A DNA stretch of 48,989 bases from Octopus bimaculoides (lineage: Eukaryota): contig NC_068992.1 of NCBI RefSeq assembly GCF_001194135.2, forward strand, positions 58,861,911 to 58,910,899, in the 5' to 3' direction. The position numbers were made by a program, and so were the translations under genes. Below are positions 34,756-48,139 of the stretch, piece after piece. A model generated the notes under the pieces. The model saw only the letters and a list, made by a program, of their open reading frames with translations. It was not told the DNA's origin and did no database searches. Numbering within the stretch: position 1 is the stretch's first letter; every line of letters begins with the position of its first letter.

Positions 34756-34940
34756 TCACCTATCTCGTTTTCACCCTCTGACCTTCTTTCTCGCTTCCTA
34801 TCTGTTTGTATATATTCATGCACGTGCACGCATGTCTGTATGTTTGCCTCCAATACCAAAAAGTACTTTCGCCAAAACAGGCAAAATGTCCAGTTACTTG
34901 TGCCAAGTTGCCAGCGTCCAAACAGCCGCGTCCTGTCTAT

Positions 34941-34999
34941 TCCGGCTATAATTGCTTCATTCCTGCTATAATTGCTTCATTCCGGCTATAATTGCTTCA
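34941..34999. repeat. 20-bp tandem repeat x3 (tccggctataattgcttcat)
   Basis: Direct reading; one substitution in unit 2. Confidence 0.95.
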
Positions 35000-37060
35000 C
35001 AAAAACGAGTCACCCTCTTCAAATTCAGAAAAGAATTCGGCCCCTACAAAGCTCAGATGAAACTAACAGAGGGCATCTACTTCTGCATCTGCACACACAC
35101 AATTTAAGACCACATACAAAAGAAAAATGAGAAAAGCCACCCAAGTGACTGGCATGAAATGGCTCCCCGGCACACTCTAATCTCTATTCTACAGGCGTCA
35201 TGTCTCTTTTCTCTGTCTTTTCTTTCGACATTACACTGGTCTCTGATTCTGAGGTGGCTAGATTCGAGCTGTCCCCAATTAGGTATTCACGACTCCCTCT
35301 TCCACCTCCTCTAGTCACTTGTATTGTATTCAGCCCCATCCTTAGGCCTCACACAAACCACTCTACCTTCATTTCCTCTTGTAACGAGAGGTTACAGAGT
35401 CATCAGCGTAACTACAGGCTGCGACGATGGAAGGGCGATATTCACAGCAAGTGGATCAGTTTGTATGTGTCCATGCTAGGTATGAATATCAGCAATGACA
35501 GTGGACTGTAGACGTTCGTCTTCTCTGTTTTACGACCACTGGTCAGTAACCAGACACAATCGTTATCTTTATTACCTAATGGTATATTAAAAAAAGGGCA
35601 CCAAAGACAAGATCGTTAATGACATTCCAATATATTGTTTACAATTTGGATTCTAACGATTTAAGCGCCTGCTGAATCTACTGCTATTTCGCCGGTAACC
35701 CACATCGCTGATAAAAAAATTGTTCTTAATGTCTCTCTCAAGGACTTGAATGGGTGGCTGCTTCATGATGTCATCAATCCCCGGAACAATCCTATTTTGG
35801 TATTTAGTTATTTTCACGTCTGAACACAGTGATTCGAGATCAATTCCTAGGCAGTAAAATAGCTTCTAGGACTCTGCTAATATTGCCACGCTCTCATGCT
35901 TCCTACCTTCACATGCTTTCCTTGAAGCCTCGACTTGAAACTATTCGAGTAGAACGTTAGTGGTGATGACCTCACTGGTCCCTATGAGACTAGTGAAGTC
36001 CATGGTTGGGCCACTACCCCACTCACAACCCCCAACCCAGACCAACTAAATCAATCAACATAAACAAAGAAACAAACAAAACAAAATAAAAGCACTCATC
36101 CGTTTTATTTCTTATTTAAATACTGAAATATTTTAAACCACAGTAGATGGAACGGATTATAAATCTAAAGTTTTTTTTATTGATTTTGTGTTCAATATTT
36201 GCCTGTTGCTAACCAATCATCGATTCAAATGAGACGAGAGGTGAGCAGATGGTTTGTATTTGTGTGTGTTTGTGGGCGTGTGTTTGTGTGTATATCTGTG
36301 TTTGTGTGTGTGTGTGTATATGCGCGCTATTATGTGCGTGTGCGTGTGTGTGTGTGCGAGTGAAAAATGGAAATGCGCGTATATGTGATTGTGACAAAGT
36401 GATACATGGGAAAAAGCTTCGAGATAGATAGACAGACAGAGAGAGAGAGAGAGAGAGAAAGAGAGGGGGTGGGAGAAAAAGAGTGCATGTGTGTGTGTGT
36501 GTGTGTGTGTGTGAGTGTGTCTGATACAAATAGAAATAGAAAATTAATGATAGAAAGTTAAGGTAAACCAAACAGAAAGAGCAATATAGCTTCACCATTA
36601 AAATGTTTTAAAATTTCAGTGAAGAATGAATGAATTCCCAACTGTGTCTATATCGTGTTCTTTGCTAATGGTAAATGCTAAAATATAATAAAATAATTAA
36701 AAAAGAAAAGAAGACTGCTACTTTTAGAGTAATTCCATCGTGAATTGGAAGTTTTAAACAAAGAATGATTATATGAGAGGAACTCGTCATTAAATAGATA
36801 AATCTAGCTTGGTTATCGTTCTCCCAGACTCTCACATTGTTTCTGAAAGATCTATGCTGTAAGGTTAATCAAACAAGACCTTACTTTAGTTAAGACGGGT
36901 AAAATAATCTTCAACGAAGCATACAGAAGCCTATGGTACTATATAGTAATGTTGTTGTGTTTGTTACTTAACTATGGTACTTTTATTCTAGTTGCGATCC
37001 TTTAATCTAGTTGTGATCACTCCATCGTTGTTCCATACTTAGTGTGTATTATCTATTACA

Positions 37061-37161
37061 GTGGAGGCGCAATGGCCCAGTGGTTAAGGCAGCGGACTCG
37101 CGGTCATAGGATCGCGGTTTCGATTCCCAGACCGGGCGTTGTGAGTGTTTATTGAGCGAAA
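37061..37161 (+). mobile_element. SINE family C tRNA-like head
   Basis: A-box TGGCCCAGTGG and B-box-like GGTTTCGATTCC. The anticodon and acceptor stems do not close, and the sequence continues into a non-tRNA tail. Confidence 0.8.
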
Positions 37162-37248
37162 GGCGGTCCTACCCCATATTAAAATAAATTTGTCTGAAAT
37201 TATAAGGTGTTTCCATCATTTTATCCAACCCCTGTATATATATATTTA

Positions 37249-37389
37249 TACGACGGGCTTCTTTTCAGTTTCCGTGTACAAAATCCACTCCTCACAAGGC
37301 TTTGATCGGCCCAAGGTGTCATGCAGTGGGATGGAACCCGAGATCATATGGTCGGAAGCAAACCTTTCACCACACAGCCATTCCTGCGC

Positions 37390-37390
<1 letters not shown>
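37249..37390 (-). mobile_element. SINE family B 5' part
   Basis: acgacgggcttc...cagtttccg...cagtgggatggaacccg...accacacagccattcctgcgc. Confidence 0.8.
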
Positions 37391-37429
<39 letters not shown>

Positions 37430-38665
37430 NNNNNNNNNNNNNNNNNNNNNNNNNNNNNNNNNNNNNNNNNNNNNNNNNNNNNNNNNNNNNNNNNNNNNNN
37501 NNNNNNNNNNNNNNNNNNNNNNNNNNNNNNNNNNNNNNNNNNNNNNNNNNNNNNNNNNNNNNNNNNNNNNNNNNNNNNNNNNNNNNNNNNNNNNNNNNNN
37601 NNNNNNNNNNNNNNNNNNNNNNNNNNNNNNNNNNNNNNNNNNNNNNNNNNNNNNNNNNNNNNNNNNNNNNNNNNNNNNNNNNNNNNNNNNNNNNNNNNNN
37701 NNNNNNNNNNNNNNNNNNNNNNNNNNNNNNNNNNNNNNNNNNNNNNNNNNNNNNNNNNNNNNNNNNNNNNNNNNNNNNNNNNNNNNNNNNNNNNNNNNNN
37801 NNNNNNNNNNNNNNNNNNNNNNNNNNNNNNNNNNNNNNNNNNNNNNNNNNNNNNNNNNNNNNNNNNNNNNNNNNNNNNNNNNNNNNNNNNNNNNNNNNNN
37901 NNNNNNNNNNNNNNNNNNNNNNNNNNNNNNNNNNNNNNNNNNNNNNNNNNNNNNNNNNNNNNNNNTTTGTTCTGTGTGTACCATAAATATCGCTATCAAT
38001 TTAGAGAAAAATTTGTAGTTTTGGAATCAGTAGTTCTTTGGCTGCTATTTCTGAATTCTCAGTATGTTGGAGAAGCAGAATACTGCTAATCCCTATATAT
38101 TTATGATTATATATATATATATATATATATACATTCCTCTCGTTATGGTCGCAAATAATTTTTAACGGCGGTGCATGAGCATGGCCGCAGCTCTGAGCTG
38201 AAACTACAGCAAAAAAAAAAAAGATATATATATATATACATATATTAAATAATCATAACACACACACACACACACACCTCACCACATCACACGTAGATGA
38301 GACAAGAATGTGATATAATGAAATTTATGGGATTCATTTCCGATACTGTATAACTCTATATTCCTCTATAGAATAGATCAAATTGATCAACTCACTCTGA
38401 AGATACAATCTAATACACTGGAAATTCAATCAATGACTTAGATAAGAAATTAACCAAAAAATTCTATGCAAGAATATTTGCTATCCTCAATACAATGTCG
38501 CAATTAACGTTTTTATGGTTCCCATTCCATTATTCTAGAATACTGGCTCCTTTTTATTAAAGATAATCACAAACATAAATATGGACTTGAAAATGATACA
38601 CCTTTTGCAAAAGATATAAGATATATCAAAATATTTTCATTTCGCCGAAAAGTTTTATTTAAAAT

Positions 38666-38737
<72 letters not shown>

Positions 38738-40094
38738 CACACAGACATATATATATATATTTAAGAATTTAAGGATTGAATGTAGGAATAAAGTATGCAA
38801 TTATAACATGCATCTTCTCCAATCCTTAAATTCTTAAATATACTCAAATACCCAAAATTTCAAGGAGTTCCTGCCTTAAAAACAGGAGCTAACCACAGTT
38901 ATTTTGTGTTCTTTGCTACATTGGTTTCTATTAACCCATTTATTCTATCAGAAGAATTTTATTCATTAAGATAGAAGAAATACACATAATTATATATATA
39001 TATATATATATAAGGAAACNNNNNNNNNNNNNNNNNNNNNNNNNNNNNNNNNNNNNNNNNNNNNNNNNNNNNNNNNNNNNNNNNNNNNNNNNNNNNNNNN
39101 NNNNNNNNNNNNNNNNNNNNNNNNNNNNNNNNNNNNNNNNNNNNNNNNNNNNNNNNNNNNNNNNNNNNNNNNNNNNNNNNNAAAAAAAAAAAAAAAAAAC
39201 AAAAAAACAAAAAAAAAAACGAGTTATTGCAGAACTGATATCATGAAAGATTAATTTAATTTTATTTATTTCAATTTATTTTCACTATAATTTCAGTATG
39301 TCTAAATCTTCTTCCTAAGCGATTGGAAACAGGAGTGTATTTTGATAAAATTGTAAATACATTCTCTGTGTTTCTGAATGTCTGAAAGTAATTATGCAAT
39401 ATGTGTGTCTTTGTATAAAAAACATCCATACTTATATATAAGTTAGACTGCTACCATGCCTGGCAAACGAGTCCCCACAACCGAAGAGATTGAATAAGAT
39501 AGAAATCAATTGGTCTGGTAATCTCGCAGGTAGGGTGACAAGTGAGTTCTCCCTCACTTGCAATGAATATCGAGTGCGAAAGTGTATTGAATAAACCATT
39601 TGGAGATTTGGGGTTAAAACAGCAGTATGGTAATCTCGTAGAGAACACCCACGATAAAGTGTCGATAAACTCTACCTTTTGTGAGTGTGTGTGTGTGTGT
39701 GTGTGTGCGTGAGTGAGTGAGTGTGTGAGTGCTTGACAACAGGTATTGGTCTGTTTACATTTCACGTAACTTATGAACACGAGAAATAAATGACTCCAGT
39801 TATGTCAATCTATGAAAGGCTCTGCATACAGATGATGATTAGCAACCCACACTACGTAGAGACCCTTGGAAATTTCATTAACTTCGCGTTTATGTTGTTA
39901 TGTTGTTTATGTTCTTATGGTGTAGCAATGATTATGGTTCAGCAATGATTAATTTAGTCTAAGGTCAATACGATTCAAATGTGATTATACGTTTTTCATT
40001 TAGATAACATTTATGTAATGCTACATTGTCCAATGCAGCTTCTGATATCAAGCTTATATGAAGAGGTAAAGAAATTTGGCTGAATAAAAATAGT

Positions 40095-40354
40095 TGTGCT
40101 GAGAGAGGTGGAAATGAGAGAAAATAGCAAACGCCTGTGTGGGATACACCGTTCCGTGGTTGACTCTTATCTTTGTGAATTTATGTGGAGAAGGAGATAG
40201 TTTTTCCTTGGTGATGGCCAGATTGGGGCAATCTTGAGTATAACCAGCCGAAATTGCAAAGATAATCTGGAACTCGACTGAGGATAGAAAACTCCGAATG
40301 ACTCGTCCTGGTTTTCTTTGTATCGTCTGTCTGAATGTTTTGCGTTCTTGTCCC
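40095..40354 (+). mobile_element. Merlin (IS1016/ISXO2-like) transposase C-terminal remnant and possible right terminus
   Basis: Plus frame RENSKRLCGIHRSVVDSYLCEFMWRRR (DSYLCEFMWRRR at 40162-40197). The sequence ends ...GTCCC at the gap edge (reverse complement GGGAC). Confidence 0.6.
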
Positions 40355-42342
40355 NNNNNNNNNNNNNNNNNNNNNNNNNNNNNNNNNNNNNNNNNNNNNN
40401 NNNNNNNNNNNNNNNNNNNNNNNNNNNNNNNNNNNNNNNNNNNNNNNNNNNNNNNNNNNNNNNNNNNNNNNNNNNNNNNNNNNNNNNNNNNNNNNNNNNN
40501 NNNNNNNNNNNNNNNNNNNNNNNNNNNNNNNNNNNNNNNNNNNNNNNNNNNNNNNNNNNNNNNNNNNNNNNNNNNNNNNNNNNNNNNNNNNNNNNNNNNN
40601 NNNNNNNNNNNNNNNNNNNNNNNNNNNNNNNNNNNNNNNNNNNNNNNNNNNNNNNNNNNNNNNNNNNNNNNNNNNNNNNNNNNNNNNNNNNNNNNNNNNN
40701 NNNNNNNNNNNNNNNNNNNNNNNNNNNNNNNNNNNNNNNNNNNNNNNNNNNNNNNNNNNNNNNNNNNNNNNNNNNNNNNNNNNNNNNNNNNNNNNNNNNN
40801 NNNNNNNNNNNNNNNNNNNNNNNNNNNNNNNNNNNNNNNNNNNNNNNNNNNNNNNNNNNNNNNNNNNNNNNNNNNNNNNNNNNNNNNNNNNNNNNNNNNN
40901 NNNNNNNNNNNNNNNNNNNNNNNNNNNNNNNNNNNNNNNNNNNNNNNNNNNNNNNNNNNNNNNNNNNNNNNNNNNNNNNNNNNNNNNNNNNNNNNNNNNN
41001 NNNNNNNNNNNNNNNNNNNNNNNNNNNNNNNNNNNNNNNNNNNNNNNNNNNNNNNNNNNNNNNNNNNNNNNNNNNNNNNNNNNNNNNNNNNNNNNNNNNN
41101 NNNNNNNNNNNNNNNNNNNNNNNNNNNNNNNNNNNNNNNNNNNNNNATATATATATATATATATATAGTGGGGAGGGAAGGAAAGATAAAGCAAGAATCG
41201 TGCATATGAAGTATGTGTGTGTATTATATACATATACGTTCCTTTGATTATGTATGTATGTATATATGCATATACATATTTGTATGTGTGTGAGTGCTTA
41301 TACACACATACGCACAATTACGCACACATGCACACATACGCACGTGAGCGCACGCATATCTGCACTTACACGCCCGCACATGCGTGTATCTGTAGTAATT
41401 GTTGCCACTTGTGTTTGCCAGCCAAAGAAACATTCTGTGTGTCCCGTTTTAGGGAAAACAACATGCCGTACTACGTGTAGGTGGCTATTTGCTGAATGAT
41501 TCTGTTGATATGCGCACGGAACCGTTGGTTCGCTGCGTGGCTCAAACGTCTAGAAACGTGCTGATGATAACAGTCTGTATGTATGCCTTTACAAGTAATA
41601 CGACGCCACTTATATTTGGTCTTTATTAATCTCGTTTTACAGACAGTGACTGATACAAGGAGGGGAAAAAAACAGAATTACGGGGAAAAAAATAATGTGA
41701 TTGATTTTTGTTTTTTTTTTTCTCCCCCTTCGATGTAATATAATTGTTCCGGAAATATGTAGAACAATTATTTCCCGTTATGAAAATAAAAATAATTCAT
41801 TTTTTTGTTTTATTTTGTATGTGTATATGTTTGCGTATGTGTGTGTGTGTATGTGACAGAGAGAGACAGAGAGAGAGATAGAGAGAGAGAGATAGAGAGA
41901 GACAAAGTGATTCTGTGTCCGTATATGTTGTTTTATATTTTTGCATATAATAATGTTCTTCATGAGTTAGATTTTGAGAAGGCAAAAAAACAAAGACAGA
42001 CAATACGGACGTAGTGGATATACATATAACAAAGGATAGATAGAAAGAACAGTGATGAAATTAGACAAATCTGTCAGGGAATAAGAGTAAAAATACGTTG
42101 AAGAAGTTTAGCAGGATAGACACGTAATGAGGAACGAAATAAAATCAGATATGAAGGCAAATAAGAATAAAATGGCTTTTGTAACTTATTTAGAGAAAGA
42201 TGGCATTAAAGGGAGAGAAAAATAAGTTGAGCAAAGAAAAAAGGAACAGAAATACCTGCAGGCAGAGGTTATGTAAAACAACGTGAAATGATGCTTGTCT
42301 CTGTATCTCTCCCACTCTCTCTTTTTCTATTTATCTATCTTC

Positions 42343-42375
<33 letters not shown>

Positions 42376-43354
42376 GGTGTTTATTAGTGGAAAGAAAAAG
42401 TTATTAAAGATACAGAAAGATTGCAGTAAGTGCGTGTATTTGTGTTACCAATTCTACATCTATCACCCTCTTCAGTGCACCCCACTATCGGTTATTAATT
42501 GACATCCCTGTCAACTTCGGCTTAAGCAAGTCTAATCCAGTCTCTGTATGTTTTATGCGCCGGGAACAACGAGGTCCAGCTTCGAGTACTCAGGTTTCTG
42601 TGTACGAGTTATACCTTGGTCGACTGTGCAACTCCTAACTGCGTGATCTGTACCGTTGAAATTGTCAACATCCTACACACTCCTTGTCATCTAAACTAAT
42701 GTATAGCCTATATAGATACGACCTGGATAAACATGATGCTATTACTCCACATGGTACCCTTTCTTTGACCAGTTCAACATGACAAGTCCTACAAGGTGTT
42801 TGTGTTTCACTGGCGTCGCTCTCAAGGTGATTGAGGCATACTAGGCATCAGACCAAAACAATGACTGTACATTGAAGATTGCTATAAGTGATTTAATTGA
42901 ACCATTTATAGAATAGGAGTCTTTTTCTTTTTTTTTTACCAATTCCTTGATGTAAATATCAAGTCAAACTCAGCAGAATCCAAATTAGTGCACAAACAAG
43001 AAACAGAGAGAGATATAAGTAAACAGTTGCAAATCATATCGTCCGTTGCAATACCAATTCCGATAATCCAACGTTCTTAATCAAGTAAATAATAATATTA
43101 AAGAAATTAATTTGATGACGTTAATTATCTCAATCTATCTCAGTGCAGAAATAAAACTTCAAAAATCATAAACATGTTTGTCTGTTGACAAGAGATTGGA
43201 TAAGAAGAAGAAGAAAAAATATAATTGAAGCCTGTTCCAGGATATACAATTTTGATTCCATGAAAATTAGCTTCATTAATTTTATTGGATATTTATATTT
43301 ATATATTTGTGCGTTGTATGGCGAAGTAGATTGGAAAATACACACACACACACA

Positions 43355-43404
<50 letters not shown>

Positions 43405-43406
<2 letters not shown>

Positions 43407-43490
43407 GAGAATATACGAAAAAACAACAACAGACGAGGACAGGTGGTGTAAATAACAAAAGGATGTATTAGTATGACGCTCGGGAATACG
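43405..43490 (-). mobile_element. Fragment of the 16690-17235 repeat
   Basis: aacaacaacagacgaggac...ggatgtattagtatgacgctcgggaa resembles the reverse complement of 17160-17215. Confidence 0.6.
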
Positions 43491-43722
43491 GTGTATATAT
43501 ACGTATGCATGTATGTATGTATGGGTGCGTGTGTGTTTGTGAGAGAAGTATTTTGATGATTGTGTATATAGTTGTGTGCATGTATTACTGTTCTTACCAT
43601 TTCTCTTCTATTACTACCACTCGTTCATTTGTTTCTTTAACATCCATTATATTTTCTGCTGAGAACATTGTATAGCAGAGACATTTGTATGTATACGTAA
43701 CAACTTATATGCATACACAGGA

Positions 43723-43776
<54 letters not shown>

Positions 43777-43878
43777 CTATACGCATATGACTATATTTAC
43801 TCGCATACATATTTACACATACACACACATATATACATATATATTTATATATATATATGCATATATATGTACACATAC

Positions 43879-43928
<50 letters not shown>

Positions 43929-43974
43929 ATATAGATAATATATGATCGAACGCCACGCATCCTTTTACAAGTAA

Positions 43975-44023
<49 letters not shown>

Positions 44024-44420
44024 AGATATCTATATTTTTTTAAAAGGTTGAATGTGAGTTCGTCCTTCAATTAGAGTAGTTTCCAAGAGATTTCTAACAT
44101 TGTTTCTTCATAATTTAATTTACTGGTATATTAAAATAAATGTTACGTTGTGCAAAGTTTATGTAACGCAATATTCAACACGGTTAATAAGGTGGATAGC
44201 TATGTTTATAACTTCAAAATTTGACAGTCTGTTGTGAGTTTCGCTCCGGGATGGGGTATTCACGACTGTGGAATAGAATATTTTTCATTTTATATAAGGG
44301 TGTGCTGGCTTTGGAAAGGTGTGTAAGGGTAGGTAAGGTGAAAAGTGACTTTGAAGACTTATTTAAGGATATAGAGATTGTGATGGAAACATATTTCTGT
44401 TTTACGTTTTAACGTGTTCC

Positions 44421-44720
44421 ACTCATTAGACCATGGCCATGCTGGGGCACCGCCTCGAGCAACTTTTAATCGAATGTATAAACTTGATACTTAGTCTATC
44501 GGTAACTTTTGCCGAACCACTAAGTTACGAGAGACATAAATGGAATAACACCGGTAGTCAAGCGATGGTGGTACACACACACACACACACATATATACGA
44601 CGAGCTTCTTTCAGTTTCTATGTACTAAATCCACTGAGAATGCTTTGGTCGGCTCGAGGCTATAGTTGAAGATACTTGCCCAAAGTGCCATGCACTAGGA
44701 CTGAACCCGGAACTTGTGGG
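44421..44720 (-). mobile_element. SINE family B, near full length with short internal (CA)n
   Basis: Tail, middle, microsatellite and head are all collinear with the other family B pieces. Confidence 0.85.
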
Positions 44721-44865
44721 TGTGAGTACGTATGTTGTCTAGCTCGGCAAATGTAGGATAATACTAGGATATTTGGAATAGTAATGACAAAGCAAAATTG
44801 CCGTTTGATTGAAATATAGGCAGTTAAAACAATAACATAAAATCAAAACATTTTTGCTACATACT

Positions 44866-44918
44866 AAGGTGGTGCTCCAGTATGGCCGCAGTCAAATGAT
44901 TGAAACAAGTAAAAGAAT
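44866..44918 (+). mobile_element. SINE B / LINE 3'-tail fragment
   Basis: aaggtggtgctccagtatggccgcagtcaaatgattgaaacaagtaaaagaa. Confidence 0.8.
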
Positions 44919-45561
44919 ACCAAACCCTTAAATTTTGATCAATATTCCATGATGAAAACCAACTACAGATTTGTCGCCGACATACGCCCTTTCACAATAA
45001 ACAACAATAATATTGGGTTCNNNNNNNNNNNNNNNNNNNNNNNNNNNNNNNNNNNNNNNNNNNNNNNNNNNNNNNNNNNNNNNNNNNNNNNNNNNNNNNN
45101 NNNNNNNNNNNNNNNNNNNNNNNNNNNNNNNNNNNNNNNNNNNNNNNNNNNNNNNNNNNNNNNNNNNNNNNNNNNNNNNNNNNNNNNNNNNNNNNNNNNN
45201 NNNNNNNNNNNNNNNNNNNNNNNNNNNNNNNNNNNNNNNNNNNNNNNNNNNNNNNNNNNNNNNNNNNNNNNNNNNNNNNNNNNNNNNNNNNNNNNNNNNN
45301 NNNNNNNNNNNNNNNNNNNNNNNNNNNNNNNNNNNNNNNNNNNNNNNNNNNNNNNNNNNNNNNNNNNNNNNNNNNNNNNNNNNNNNNNNNNNNNNNNNNN
45401 NNNNNNNNNNNNNNNNNNNNNNNNNNNNNNNNNNNNNNNNNNNNNNNNNNNNNNNNNNNNNNNNNNNNNNNNNNNNNNNNNNNNNNNNNNNNNNNNNNNN
45501 NNNNNNNNNNNNNNNNNNNNNNNNNNNNNNNNNNNNNNNNNNNNNNNNNNNNNNNNNNNNN

Positions 45562-45724
45562 GAGGGAGAGAGAGAGGGAGAGAGAGAGAAAGTGAGTGAC
45601 TGAGTGAGTGAGTGAGTGAGTGACTGAGTGAGTGAGTGAGTGAGTGAGTGAGTGAGTGAGTGAGTGAGTGTGTGTTTGCGTGTGTTTCTGTGCTTATGTG
45701 TGTGTGTGTGTGTATGTCTATGTG
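45562..45724. repeat. (GA)n/(GAGT)n/(TG)n microsatellite after gap 45021-45561
   Basis: Direct reading. Confidence 0.95.
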
Positions 45725-45912
45725 TTTTTGTTTGTCCCCACCGCTTGGTAAGTGGTGTTGGATTATTTACGACCCCTTAACATAGCGTTTGGGTAGAAGA
45801 ACCGATAGAATATGTATCAGACTTAAGAATATAGTCGATTTATTCGACTAAGCACTTGAAGGCAGTGCTCCAGCATGGCTGCAATTCAATGACTGAAACA
45901 AGTAAAGGATTA
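45725..45912 (+). mobile_element. SINE family B 3' half
   Basis: ...accgatagaata...gaaggcagtgctccagcatggctgcaattcaatgactgaaacaagtaaa. Confidence 0.82.
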
Positions 45913-46509
45913 ATGACAAAAGATAATGTGAGGTAAGAGTAATAGAATGATGTTTAATGCAAGAGATGTTTAACATCGATCAAATAACAACAAATAAAAT
46001 TGTGACAAGCGACAAAAATGTTGAAGGTTACATGTGTAAGCAATAAATTATCTTCACTGTGAAGTTTCATCGCTGTTTGCTTCGTACAAGTAGTAATGCA
46101 TTGTAAATGATCGCATGAAAGGTAGGTCATCGACCATCTGTAAACACACTACTGAAACACAAGTCAATTCACCATCAGACAGATTCACCTACACACATGC
46201 ACAAATATTACAAGCGATTGCAAATAAAGACAAGTGCAAATATACAGAGGAGAATGTATCTTTTGAATGTGGTTAATGAGAAAGCGAAAAACAGAGCCTG
46301 CAGAACTCTACACAATCAGAAGCATATAACCTAGAAGCCGAGGTAAATAAAAAATATAAATGGCCAAGCTATATTTCTCACGATCCGCAAGTAAAAGAGA
46401 AAATCATGCATAAAGGGGCAAAGGATTAATTTGCTATACTTCATACATATTTTGAAACTACACGCTATCCTAAAATAAGTTTACTATAATGTCCTTATTA
46501 TCTGGAGTA

Positions 46510-47330
46510 AAAAATAACCCTGTTGTAAAAGGAAATTTGTATCCCATTGGCTTAATCAATTTAGATATATTCTTAAATCAAAAATACCAAATATAGAATT
46601 AGAACACGTAAATGTCAAATTACTTAATAAAGTACCTCTGATTGTATGTGGAGGATTAGAGCTTTTATTAACATGTCTTAAGTTTTTATTGCATTTGTGA
46701 TAAGATGCATATGAACCAGTATTTAGAGCCAATAATATATCCAGGAAATTCGCTAATCGATAGTTATTTTCTAACGTTTTAGATAGCCCAAAGTTTAAAA
46801 AGAACTCTAACAGTTTTTGCCTATTTCTCTCTGGTTCTACTGTACTACATTTATCTAAAGTGAAGAGTTCATCATCTCTGTGTAATAGGCTCTATAATTT
46901 AAGAAAACAGGATTTTATTTAGAAAAGAATAAGCTTCCAAACAAGACCTGTGACTTGAGTCGGGTTCCCTACACTCCAATGAAATGTCAAAATTAATCTA
47001 ATCTGTCCTCCGGGTCTACAGTTTGTCTTTATAGTTTATTAAAGGTTTATGTACAGCTAACGTGATGTCAGTTTTAGGTTTAGATAAAGTTTGAGTTTCT
47101 CATAGAAAATGTCAGAGCTTTATTTAACAATATTGGATTTCTAGAGAAATAGTAACTTGATATGTCAAGCTCTATGAATTTTGTATTCTGTTTATTCTCC
47201 AAGGTTTGAAAGAATTTGATTATCTTTAGCTTTTTTCTCAAGCTTTGTAACCATTCAATGTTCTTTAACTTTCTTCTCCTTAGTCAGTAAAGAGTGTTCT
47301 TTCACATACTGATAGCTTTATCCCATATCT
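46510..47330 (-). pseudogene. Penelope-like element reverse transcriptase remnant
   Basis: Minus frames give KFIELDISSYY (47148-47182), LLNKALTF, RDDEL (YRDDG-like, about 46865-46880), NFLD...NTGSY and HVNKSSNPP. Frameshifted. Confidence 0.78.
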
Positions 47331-47549
47331 AGATATATGCATTCAAGCGTCTATGCGTGTGTGGGAGTGTAGACTCATGAAGGTGCACATACCGTTGGCT
47401 TTTGAATGTTGTGGTCTTAGTATTCACCTAATGAAAACGTTTTTATTTTTCTAATGGTATAATGTCCCAGTTAATCAATTAAAAGTTCGTTGGAAACAGC
47501 TGTAGTAAATTGACACATCCATCTGTTGTTATATATGTGTTTGAGAGAG

Positions 47550-47620
<71 letters not shown>

Positions 47621-48139
47621 TATTCTTTCCATAATTGTTCTCGGTGTCTATGTCGCAAGCCCATTCGACTCGCTGTAATCAGCAGAACATCGACGTTATG
47701 ATAGCCGGAGGGGAAAATAGCTGCACTGTCACTAGGGTGTTGCCCATTTTAAGCTGATTAGATTGGAGTAATATGAGATGAAGGGTAATTCTGAAGAGCA
47801 AAACGTGTGCCCTACATCAAGAAAGTATCCCTACCACCTTATGATCAACTTCCAAACATCTAAAGCACAACAATAGACATGATTTCATTCGGTTTCGATG
47901 ATGAAGTCTTTTAATTGTTTCATCATCGGAATGGTATATTCCTTGATCCAGTGTGTATGTAGCTGAGTATTCCGTAGAGATATACGCCTTTAAGGTTGGT
48001 CCTCTAAATTACAGGTATTGTCTGTTTTATGGTATAAGCAGTTGAGCACCCCACTGACTTGTATATTGTTAATGTAGCAATCAGGCAATTTCTGTGTTGT
48101 AGTGTACGAAAACGCTGTGTCGTTAAACTACAGCTCTAA

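Noticed and set aside
37061-37161. Functional tRNA gene
   Set aside because: The A and B boxes are present but the cloverleaf stems do not close and there is no T-run terminator; treated as a SINE head.
47896-47928. 10-bp perfect hairpin (cgatgatgaa / ttcatcatcg) with CCGATGA and GAAAC on the minus strand
   Set aside because: The stem would sequester the catalytic box and no stem III or cleavage triplet follows; too short to be significant alone.
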